Below are positions 36,524 to 47,385 of a stretch of DNA of 64,000 bases, piece after piece (positions within the stretch are counted from its first letter, which is position 1; each line of letters opens with the position of its first letter). The notes beneath the pieces are model-generated. The model was not told where the DNA came from, did no database searches, and was given only the letters and a program-made list of their open reading frames with translations. The stretch covers positions 8,873,491 to 8,937,490 of the forward strand of contig NC_057720.1 in the NCBI RefSeq assembly GCF_004010195.1. Direction: 5' to 3'. Position numbers and translations under genes: made by a program. This stretch comes from Chiloscyllium plagiosum (lineage: Eukaryota).

Positions 36524-36791
36524 CNNNNNNNNNNNNNNNNNNNNNNNNNNNNNNNNNNNNNNNNNNNNNNNNNNNNNNNNNNNNNNNNNNNNNNNNNNNN
36601 NNNNNNNNNNNNNNNNNNNNNNNNNNNNNNNNNNNNNNNNNNNNNNNNNNNNNNNNNNNNNNNNNNNNNNNNNNNNNNNNNNNNNNNNNNNNNNNNNNNN
36701 NNNNNNNNNNNNNNNNNNNNNNNNNNNNNNNNNNNNNNNNNNNNNNNNNNNNNNNNNNNNNNNNNNNNNNNNNNNNNNNNNNNNNNNNNNN
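36524..36791. other. Assembly gap
   Basis: Run of N. Confidence 1.
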
Positions 36792-36990
36792 AATGAGGAA
36801 ACTGGTGAAATCCGTGTTCATCCCTTGTGGTTGGAGGGTTCCTAGGCGGAAGATGAGGCGCTCTTCCTCCAACCGTCGTGTTGTTGTGGTCTGGCGATGG
36901 AGGAGTCCAAGGACCTGCATATCCTTGGTGGAGTGGGAGGGGGAGTTGAAGTGTTGAGCCACAGGGTGGTTGGGTTGGTTGGTTCGGGTG
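36792..36990 (-). mobile_element. PLE GIY-YIG C-terminal fragment
   Basis: HPVAQHFNSPSH...RRLEEERLIFRLGTLQPQGMN. Confidence 0.88.
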
Positions 36991-37405
36991 TCATCTTCCA
37001 CTTGGGCAGTCTACAGCCTGGAGGACTCAACATTGAATTCTCCAATTTCAAATAACTTCCCTTCCCATCCCACGACTCCCTTCCCAGCCTCTCCCCCACC
37101 CTTCCATTCCTCTGGTCGACCCTTCCTTCCAGCTACCAATCGGATTCATCCCTCCCATTGACCAACCAGGTATGACCCTATGCCTGTGTTCACCTATCAC
37201 TACCTCACCACACCACTCCTCTCACCACACAAACCCTCCCCCTCCCCCCTTTATCTGCAACTCCCCCATCCCTACCTCTATTCCTGAAGAAGGATTATAC
37301 CCGAAATATTGACTTCTCCACTTCCTGATGCTGGCTGGGTTGCTGTGTTCATCCAGTCTCCTCCTTGTCTATTTTGGATTCCAGCATCTGCAGCTTATTT
37401 TTGCC
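36991..37405 (+). mobile_element. PLE 3' end of a different subfamily
   Basis: IFHLGSLQPGGLNIEFSNFK*, C-rich UTR, decayed hammerhead at 37283-37312, tail ccagcatctgcag. Confidence 0.8.
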
Positions 37406-37706
37406 TTAGACCTGCTGAGATTGCCCAGCAATTTCTGTTTCCAGCATCTGCAGTTCTTTCAGCTTTCTTTATCGATTATTTTGAATGCCTTAAATATATC
37501 ACCTTCCAAGCCATATTTATCCAAGCTGGCCTCACAATATTACCCTCTGAACATTGACAGGAGATTGTCATGTCCCTTCCAATGCCCATCATTCCTGAGA
37601 GGCTGTGAAGTCATCCACAAATCAATTCAACGATTTCAGACCATGAACACCATTTTTGTTTGCTCCACCAGTGAAAGTGCTGATGTTTGTTAGATCTCTT
37701 CTGTCT

Positions 37707-37909
37707 TCCAGGCAAAAAATGGGACTGCAGATGCTGAGATTAGAGTCAAGAATGTGGTGCTGGAAAAGCACAGCCGGTCAGGCAGCATCCGAGAAGCAGG
37801 AGAATCAACGTTTCGGGCAAAAGCTAAAGGGCTTTTGCTTGGAACATTGATTTTCCTGCTCCTTGGATGCTGCCTGCCCTACTGTGCTTTTCCAGCACCA
37901 CACTCTTGA
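37707..37909. mobile_element. PLE-derived fold-back mini-element, family A
   Basis: Inverted arms; TSD ctcttctgtct at 37696-37706 and 37910-37920. Confidence 0.85.
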
Positions 37910-37953
37910 CTCTTCTGTCTAACATCCATTCACAGACTTTCCCTTTATATTTG

Positions 37954-38138
37954 AGGAGAAAGTGAGGTCTGCAGATGCTGGAGATCAGAGCTGAAAATGT
38001 GTTGCTGGAAAAGCGCAGCAGGTCAGGCAGCATCCAGGGAACAGCCTTCTTCAGGAATGGCTTATGCCCGAAACGTCGATTCTCCTGTTCCCTGGATGCT
38101 GCCTGACCTGCTGCGCTTTTCCAGCAACACATTTTCAG
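37954..38138. mobile_element. PLE-derived fold-back mini-element, family A (young)
   Basis: Perfect arms ctgaaaatgtgttgctgg...cagggaacag; perfect 13-bp TSD ccctttatatttg at 37941-37953 and 38139-38151. Confidence 0.9.
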
Positions 38139-38804
38139 CCCTTTATATTTGTCAGCTTTCACATCGCAAACACTTTTGATTTTGATAAAATGTCACAATC
38201 CAAAAATTTTAACTCTGTTCCTCACTCCATGGATGTTTTCCAGCATGTTTTGTTTCTTTATCTTTCCAGAGATTCTATGATTAAAAATGGGGTCATTGGC
38301 CCAGATAGTATCTGACTGAGATTATGTACAACTGAAGTTTCATTTCTCCCCTTTGAACTTTAAATCATTGATGACCAATAGAATAATTGTTTTTTGTTTA
38401 CTGAGACTTTGCACTTATCAACTGCATTTTAGTGATGTTTGTGTCTGGATTCTGATAGCATTTTGCCCCTCCATTGATCCCAGCTTTTTATTCAGGGGAT
38501 TTTCCATTGTACTTTCATCTCAATGTCTCCTTTAGCCTATCTATCTCAGACAAAGTGATTCTAAACTTTGCATTATTTTAGAGACACCAATTTAAACTCC
38601 ATTGCAATGATCAAATGTTTAATTGCTTCATTATTCTGTATTTGATTATATGAGTCCGATGACTGATCTATGCTCACTGTTACTGATTGGTCAAACTTGG
38701 ATATCGACTCAGAGCCCAGTGAACAGACATCACAGGTGCTACCCGAGGCTGAGTTTGGACAAACAGTGTGTACATATTTTCTGATTGGAAAAAAAAAGCT
38801 CTTT

Positions 38805-39310
38805 CGAAAGATGTTGTGAAACTTGAAAGGGTTCAGAAAAGATTTACAAGATATTTCCAGGATTGGAGGGTTTGAGCTACAGGGGGAGGCTGAATAGGCT
38901 GAGGCTATTTTCCCTGGAGCGTCGGAAGCTGAGCGGTGACCTTAATAGGGTTTATAAAATCATCAGGGGCATGGATAGGATAAATAGACAAGGTCATTTC
39001 CCTGGGGTGGGGGAGTCCAGAACTAGAGGGCATAGGTTCAAGGTGGGAGGGGAAAGATATAAAAGGAACCTAAGGGGCAACTTTTTTACACAGAAGGTGG
39101 TGCATGTGTCGAAGGGGCTGCCAGAGGATGTGGTGGAAGCTGGTACAATTACAACATTTAAAAGGCATCTGGATGGGTATTTGAATAGGAAGGTTCTGGA
39201 GGGATATTGGCCGGGTGCTGGCAAATGGGGCTAGATTAGATTAGGATGTCTGGTCGGTATGGACGAGTTGGACCGAAGGGTCTGTTTCCGTGCTGCACAT
39301 CCCTTTGACT
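38805..39310 (+). mobile_element. CR1 LINE 3' fragment
   Basis: Close match to 2125-2630. Confidence 0.92.
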
Positions 39311-39889
39311 AATAAACGAACCTGTTGCACACTGAGAAACAATGTCAACTCTGCACTGCTGTGAAATATATAAAATATGTAACATCTGTAAAATCTAAAC
39401 TTTTCGAAAATAAAGAGCGTTGTCTCATTATTATAGCATCTGTGAGATTTTAAATTTGTGATCATCCTCTGAATCCTTTCCAGTGTCTACATTTTGAGTG
39501 TTATTTGAACAGACCAAAATTGAACACTGTGTTCCAGATGAGGTCTATTCAAAGATTTAGACAGAGGCTGAAAAATATTGTGTGATGTATATTTCATTGT
39601 GCTAACAATGTACTCCAACACTGAGTTTTCTTCAACACCACCTGAGACTTCTCAGTGCTCACAGCTCTCAGATGCTAACTTCAACATTGGATTTGAAGAC
39701 ATTGGGCATTCATCACATGTTTGACCAAGGAAGCTTGATCTCAAGCCTCTATAATATCAGTCAATCACTCTAAACTCTCCACCATTCTTTTAACCCCAAA
39801 GGTAATTAGCTGCCTGAGGGGAAAAGCATGTTAAAAACAGAGTTGTACTTGAAAATTAGTGTATTGTTCATACTGTGAATCCTGGCCTC

Positions 39890-42800
39890 AGCATGGACTC
39901 AAACCAGTGGACTGCATGTGGAATTTGGATTCCCGGTCTTTGTGTGGGACGCAGACTCCTGGCCACAGAGTGGGAATCAGACTCCAAACTTCAGCGTGGA
40001 AATCAGACTCCACGCCTCAATGTGGGATTCAGACTCCCGGTCTCAGTGTGGGACACAGACTCCCGGTCTCAATGTGGGATTCAGGCTCCCGGTGTCAGTA
40101 TGGGACACAGACTCCCGGTCTCAGTGTGGGATTCAGGCTCCCGGTGTCAGTATGGGACACACACTCCCGGTCTCAGTGTGGACACAGACTCTGGGTCTCA
40201 GTGTGGACACAGACTCCGAGTCTCAGTGTGGGACACAGACTCCTGACTTCAGTGTGGGATACAGGCTCCCGGTCTCAGTGTGGGACACAGACATCCAGTC
40301 TCAGTGTGGGACACAGACTCCTGACCTCAGTGTGGGACTCAGACTCCCGGTCTTAGTGTGGGACACAGACTCCGAGTCTCAGTGTGGACACAGACTCCTG
40401 GCCTCAGTGTGGGACACAGACTCCTGCTCTCAGTGTGGGACACAGACTCCTGACCTCAGTGTGGGACACAGACTCCCGGTGTCAGTGTGGGATACGGACT
40501 CCCGGTCTCGGTGTGGGATACAGGCTCCTGGCCTCAGTATGGGACACAGACTCCTGACCTCAGTGTGGGACACAGGTTCCCAGTCTCAGTGTTGGACACA
40601 GACATCCGGTCTCAGTGTGGGACACAGACTCCTGACCTCAGTGTGGGACACAGACTCCTGACCTCAGTGTGGGACACAGACTCCTGGTCTTAGTGTGGGA
40701 CACAGATTCCCGGTCTCAGTGTGGGACACAGACTCCCGGTCTCAGTGTGGGACACAGACATCCGGTCTCAGTGTGGGAAACAGACATCCGGTCTCAGTGT
40801 GGGACACAGACTCCTGACCTCAGTGTAGGACACAGACTCCCGGTCTCAGTGTGGGATACGGACTCCGAGTCTCAGTGTGGGATTCGGACTCCCGGTCTCA
40901 GTGTGGGACACAGACATCCGGTCTCAGTGTGGGACACAGACTACGGGCCTCAGTGTGGGACACAGACTCCGAGTCTCAGTGTGGGATTCGGACTCCCAGT
41001 CTCAGTGTGGGACACAGACTCCGAGTCTCAGTGTGGGATACGGACTCCCAGTCTCAGTGTGGGACACAGACTCCTGACCTCAGTGTGGGACACAGACTCC
41101 TGGCCTCAGTGTGGGACACAGACTCCCGGTGTCAGTGTGGGATACGGACTCCCGGTCTCAGTGTGGGATACAGGCTCCTGGCCTCAGTATGGGACACAGA
41201 CTCCTGACCTCAGTGTGGGACACAGACTCCTGACCTCAGTGTGGGACAAAGGTTCCCGGTCTCAGTGTGGGACACAGATTCCCGGTCTCAGTGTGGGACA
41301 CAGACTCCCGGTCTCAGTGTGGGACACAGACATCCGGTCTCAGTGTGGGACACAGACTCCTGACCTCAGTGTGGGACACAGACTCCGGTCTCAGTGTGGA
41401 CACAGACTCCCGGTCTCAGTGTGGACACAGACTCCCGGTCTCAGTGTGGACACAGACTCCCGGTCTCAGTGTGGACACAGACTCCCGGTCTCAGTGTGGA
41501 CACAGACTCCCGGTCTCAGTGTGGACACAGACTCCCGGTCTCAGTGTGGACACAGACTCCCGGTCTCAGTGTGGACACAGACTCCCGGTCTCAGTGTGGA
41601 CACAGACTCCCGGTCTCAGTGTGGACACAGACTCCCGGTCTCAGTGTGGACACAGACTCCCGGTCTCAGTGTGGACACAGACTCCTGGTCACAGTGTGGG
41701 ACACAGACTCCTGGCCTCAGTGTGGGACACAGACTCCTGGCCTCAGTGTGGGACACGGACTCCTGACCTCAGTGTGGGACATAGACTCCCGGTCTCAGTG
41801 TGGGACACAGACATCCGGTCTCAGTGTGGGACACAGACATCCAGTCTCAGTGTGGGACACAGACTCCTGACCTCAGTGTGGGACACAGACTCCCGGTCTC
41901 AATGTGGGATACGGACTCGCGGTCTCAGTGTGGGACACAGACTCCTGGCCTCAGTGTGGGACACAGACTCCTGGCCTCAGTGTGGGACACAGACTCCCGG
42001 TCTCAGTGTGAGACACAGACTCCTGGCCTCAGTGTGCGACATAGACTCCTGACCTCAGTGTGGGACACAGACTCCTGACCTCAGTGTGGGACACAGACTC
42101 CGAGTCTCAGTGTGGGACACAGACTCCTGGTCACAGTGTGGGACACAGACTCCCGGTCTCAGTGTGGGACACAGACTCCCGGTCTCAGTGTGGACACAGA
42201 CTCCCGGTCTCAGTGTGGACACAGACTCCCGGTCTCAGTGTGGACACAGACTCCCAGTCTCAGTGTGGGACACAGACTCCCGACCTCAGTGTGGGACACA
42301 GACACCGAGTCTAAGTGTGGGACACAGATATCCGGTCTCAGTGTGGGACTCAGACTCCTGGTCACAGTGTGGGACACAGACTCCCGGTCTCAGTGTGGGA
42401 CACAGACTCCCGACCTCAGTGTGGGACACAGACTCCCGGTCTCAGTGTGGGACACAGACTCCCGGTCTCAGTGTGGACACCGACCCCTGACCTCAGTGTG
42501 GGTCCCAGACTCCCGGTCTCAGTGTGGGACACAGACTCCCGGTCTCAGTGTGGGACACAGACTCCCGGTCTCAGTGTGGGACACAGACCCCTGACCTCAG
42601 TGTGGGTCCCAGACTCCCGGTCTCAGTGTGGGACACAGACTCCCGACCTCAGTGTGGGATACAGACTCCCGGCCTCAGTGTGGGACACAGACTCTGGATC
42701 TCAGTGTGGGACACAGACTCCTGACCTCAGTGTGGGACACAGACTCTGGGTCTCAGTGTGGGACACAGACTCCCGGTCTCAGTGTGGGACACAGACTCCT

Positions 42801-42990
42801 GACCTCAGTGTGGGACACAGACTCCCGGTCTCAGTGTGCGACACAGATTCCCGGCCTCAGTGTGGGACACAGACTCCCGGTCTCAGTGTGGGACACAGAC
42901 TCCCGGTCTCAGTGTGGGACACAGACTCCCGGTTTCAGTGTGGAGCACAGACTCCGGGTGTCAGTGTGGACTTGGACTCCTGGTCTCGAG
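39890..42990. repeat. 26-bp minisatellite, consensus CTCAGTGTGGGACACAGACTCCCGGT (roughly 115-120 units)
   Basis: Direct tandem periodicity; pure run of the 25-bp variant at ~41390-41685; degenerate edges. Confidence 0.97.
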
Positions 42991-43224
42991 GTGAAGCCTA
43001 ACACAGTCTGGGTGGAAGTACTGTTATTCCAAACTCTTATTTCTCTATCTTTCTAATTTATTGCTGGACTTTTCAGTTTCTTCATTTTTCTATTGTTTTC
43101 TCCTGAAGAATGTGTACTTTAATACCTGTACTTAAGTACCTTGCCAAAAAGGGGCAACTTGTAAACTTTTCACTGCAATCCTGGGAGTCCATGTGACAAT
43201 AAAGCTTATTCTTCTTCTGGTAGG

Positions 43225-43510
43225 ATGAGGTGATGGCCTATTAGCTCAGATAATGTTCTGGAGAACCTGGGTTCAAATCCTGCCATGGCAGATGATGAAA
43301 TTTGAATTGAATAAAAATTTGAAATTAAGACTTGAATGATGAAACTGTTAGCAGTTGTAGGAAAAATCCATCTGGTGCCCATCTGGTATTCTTAATATGA
43401 CTCCTGACCCACAGCAATGTGGTCAAGTGTTTAACCTTCCCACTTTGAGCAGTTAGGATCTGGGCAATAAATGCTGATCCAGCCGGTGACACTTACATCC
43501 TATGAAAGAA
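43225..43510 (+). mobile_element. tRNA-headed SINE, second family
   Basis: gggttcaaatcc B box; gacccacagcaatgtgg; gggcaataaatgctg tail. Confidence 0.75.
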
Positions 43511-45469
43511 CTGAGAATAAAGATTTTAGGTGGGACCAATATGTGACATTCAGAAGTTTCCTTGAGATTTTCTTTTTGGGCGGTATCGTGTCAGTGCCAC
43601 TCATCCGAGTCACTCAGAGGAATCTGATTCACTCAAGTTGCCACAAGTATAATAAAGTGGATATTTAATTCAAAGTCCTGAAGACCTTTTATCCTTTTGC
43701 ACGTTGCCATCATCTGGTGAATTGTGTGGCTGTAGTTAAAATGCCCCTTCCTAATCTAAAATCACCTCCTGCATACATTCACAAGGTAGTCTCCATATCA
43801 TTCTGGCCTTCATCAAAGCTTTTCCATAACATTCACAATGACCTCAAATGGAGGTTTTGTTCCTCCAGTATTACAAAGTCCCACCCGCTTCTCAAATGGA
43901 CACCTTTGCTTTTCTCTTCCGTCACTCAGTCCCTCCCACACAGCGGCTGCTGTTCGAGAATGAAAGAACGTTTGAGAACTGAATGACTGAATGCATTAAT
44001 GAAGTGTTTGCAGTCCATTTTTTATGGTTGCTTGGAACAATCATGGTCAGATCCCAGGCAATAAAGTGTAATTACTGCCATAAGTAATTTTGAATCTGAT
44101 TTTATTTTAAAAATCAGGCGTGTAATTACTATGTTTGTGAAGAGGGTTCAGATGTTATGCTTAACATGTGTCTTTAATTTAATGAATGTAAAACCAAATT
44201 GTGAATGATGCGATTCAAAAAGTACTGTAAGAGAGAAAGGTTTATTAACTGTTGCCAAGTCAAACAGATTGCTGACACACTGAGTGCTTTTCCCCTTTGA
44301 AATCTCTAATAAACAGGAAGACTATTTGGAAATCAGAGAAAGGTGAGCCATGCATCTTGTATCAGAATCATCAGCGTTAGCTCAACCGTATTCGCTAAGG
44401 GAGTTGGGTGGGGTGCTATCTTGTGGTGCAGTGCGTCCCTGCCTCTGAGCCAGAAGTTCTCCAGCACTCGATGGCCAAGTTGACAGAATGAAAGGGGATT
44501 GGTCATCTCAGTTGGCTGGACAGCTAGCCTGCAATGGAGAGTGCCACTGACAACCCTCATTCAATTCCTGAGGTCACTGTGACGGACCTTCCTTCTCAAC
44601 TTCACCCATGTCCTGAGGTGACCCATTTCTTAAGCTCACCACCAGTTGCCTCTCTCATGAGAGAGGAGCCCCATTGTTCCCTGGGACTGTGCTAAGCTCA
44701 GATATAACACGGCACAAAAGTCTAAGACAGGTGGCTCAACTGGGCAAGATTTCAGTTCAGACACACATGCCGTATTTGTCTCCCGGAATCAGAAAGTGAA
44801 AGTCCCACTCTAGGAACTGTTCCCCTCAAACAATAGCCTTTTGCTTCATGCCGGTCACTTGCTCCAGTAATAGTATGCAACCGAAAACAGACATGTGCTT
44901 TATCCACCTTGTGTTTCTCTAATTGAAGAACATCCTCGGAATCCATGAATTCAGTAAGCAGGGGCAGACTTACTGACACCTGCTTATTGTTATAATTCTC
45001 ACAGGAATCGGAACTAGAACTCCAGCTATTCACCACAGATGTAAATAGTGCCACCCAGGTAAATAGTGCGGTGAGGAAGGCATATGGCGTAGTTATACAC
45101 AATACATGTTAATGATTTAGATGAGGGAAGTCAACGTGCAGAAGACACAAAGCAGGGTGGAAGGGTGAGCTGTGAGGAGGATGCAGAGATGTTGCAGCGA
45201 GGTTTGGACAGGGTGAGTGAGTGGGAAAATGCATGGCAGATGCAGCATAATGTGGGTAAATCTGAGGTTATCCAATTTGGTAGCAAAAATAAGGAGGCAG
45301 ATTATTATTTGAAGGGCTGTAACTACTTTGTTAATAAATTATTGCTTTGGCTAGACCCTCAGCATGCAACTCTTATACCTGTAATATTATTCCAGTCATT
45401 TGGTTTGTTTCCAGCTCCACATTATTTTTAATTGTGTTTGATAATTATCTCTCTCATTTAATCAGATTA

Positions 45470-45750
45470 TAGGTCATCCATTCACTTGTTATTCAGCTGA
45501 TGACACTTTACTCACACCATCTGATGCTCTTGATCACTTGCAGAGACCTATTATTCACCCTGTCGACACTCCACTCACTCCTTTTGATCTCGCTGCCCGT
45601 GGATCTCCCTGCCCGTGGATCTGGCTGCCTATAAATTCTGTGCCTTTGTTCTCTCTCACTTCATCTGACATAGGGGCATCGCTCCAAATGCTTGTGATTT
45701 CAAATAAACCTAAGGGACTATAATCTGGTGTTGTGTGACTTCTCACCTTG
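45470..45750 (+). mobile_element. PLE family B 3' end (old)
   Basis: tataaattctgtg...aaataaacc...ggactataatctggtgttgtgtgac as in 15617-15736. Confidence 0.65.
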
Positions 45751-46548
45751 AAAAGAGGTTCCTGCCAGCAGACTTAGAAAGAAGTTTTAAAACTGTCACA
45801 GCACTCAACAAAGGAGATCTCAATAGAGTTAGATCAGTAAAAGTATTTAAGATTAGAGATCGGAGTAACATTGCACTGGGATTGATTGTGTGTGTAGAGT
45901 AACAAAATAAATTGAAACTTTATCTTGGTATGATGTTAAGACCTTTCTAGAATATCTTAAGAGCAGATTTTTTCTTTCTCTTTTGTTTAATAGACTTATC
46001 TTCTGTTGTTATAGAACTTTTGCAGTTTCATATGATTATGTTTCAGAGACTAACTGCAATGGTTTACAAACCACAATAAGTAAACTTAAGTTCATTGTAG
46101 ACAGTGTTTACACCAGGATTTGACTCGTTCAGTCTGCCCATCATGTGGGATCACAACATGGCCTTATATTTTCCACAAGATTCCTTACATTCACTTCCTC
46201 AAAGATTCTAAGTTCTATGCCACATGCTAAAGATTCAGACATTGTATTTTGTTTTATTTAAAAGACAAGTTAGCACCAGCAATAATTAATTTAGATTCCT
46301 GAACCTAAAAGCAGGGGAGTCAAATTTACAGAAGAGTCTATTCACTGTCATTTCACATTTCCTGCTTCTTTGAAACACTTCCTCCGAACTAATCACTTAA
46401 AAACCCATCTAAATGACCTTTAGCCACTTGCCTACTGAACAGAAGACAGACAAAATTGCCCTGAGTTATTGCTTTCCAGAATTTGGCTTGTTTTATATTA
46501 ATTCAAAGGTGAGGGATGATAGTTCTGAGGAATGGAATATTTGTCATC

Positions 46549-46953
46549 TAGACTCTGGTTTCCAGCATCTGCAGTCCTTGTTTCTACCGAGTTGATTTTA
46601 ACCCTCTTGCAAGGATGCCTGCCTTGAAGAAGTTTACTTCCTCTCTCTCCACAAGAATCTCAGTGAGTCTCTCTCTCACTGCAACCCCCAGGTCAACTCC
46701 TCTGCCCTGAAGCTTTTCAACCATGTCCTGAAACAGACTCGCTGACCTATCACCTCTATCCCCACTCCCATTCACCTATTGTACTCTATGCTACTTTCTC
46801 CCCACCCCCACCCCCCTCTCATTTATCTCTCCACTCTACAGGCACCCTGTCTCTATTCCTGATGAAGGGCTTTTGCCCGAAACGTCGATTTTCCTGCTCC
46901 TCGGATGCTGCCTGACCTGCTGTGCTTTTGCAGCACCATTCTAATCTAGACTC
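46549..46953 (+). mobile_element. Circularly permuted mini-PLE with one intact hammerhead
   Basis: Begins and ends with tctagactct; TSD tatttgtcatc at 46538-46548 and 46954-46964. Confidence 0.8.
46857..46888 (+). ncRNA. Minimal hammerhead ribozyme motif (intact core)
   Basis: CTGATGA(46859-46865)-A-GGGC/TTTT/GCCC-GAAACGTC(46879-46886). Confidence 0.65.
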
Positions 46954-47146
46954 TATTTGTCATCCCAGCCAAACACTGCCAAACCAGACACAGCAACAAC
47001 TCTATGTGGTATAAAACTGCTCTGATCAGCCTCAAATTCAGAAGAGAATGCTCCACTGAGTCATTTTTGGTTTCCATTTCCCTACAACCGCCCACCACCT
47101 TCAAAATGATCGCTACTGAAATTGGAAATCAGTGCCAAAGTCATGG

Positions 47147-47385
47147 CATAGAACATAGAGCATTATAACACAGTACAAGCCCTTTGGCCCTCAATGTTGC
47201 ACCAAACTGTGAAACCAATCTGAAGCTCATCTAAACTACACTGTTCCATTCTCGTCCATATGTCTATCTAATGACCATTTAAATGCCCTTAAAGTTGGCG
47301 AGTCTACTCTGTTGCAGGCAGGGAATTCCATGCCCCTACTACTCACTGAGTAAAGCATCTACCTCTCTCATTAGTCCTATATTTT
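47147..47385 (-). mobile_element. CR1 3' end; continues at 48984-49088
   Basis: Reverse complement of ~48770-48980. Confidence 0.85.

Noticed and set aside
36126..37001. ORFs of 95-239 aa spanning X runs
   Set aside because: Artefacts of the N gap
41688..42372. V(D)J RSS heptamers CACAGTG in the array
   Set aside because: Only point variants of the unit; no nonamer at 12/23 spacing and no V or J segments
39890..42990. CRISPR array (constant hairpin repeat with variable spacers)
   Set aside because: The variable slot is only ~6 nt and reused from a small set; there are no unique spacers or cas genes, and the context is vertebrate
39859..43056. Long repetitive ORFs (SVWDTDSRSQCGTQTPGLSVGHRL...) as a protein gene
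   Set aside because: A by-product of a 26-bp unit cycling through frames; 25-bp variants shift the frame and CCTGAC variants add stops
44752..45102. 116-aa minus-strand ORF with a hydrophobic N-terminus
   Set aside because: The start lies in antisense CR1 sequence (45040-45100) and there is no recognisable domain or convincing splice structure
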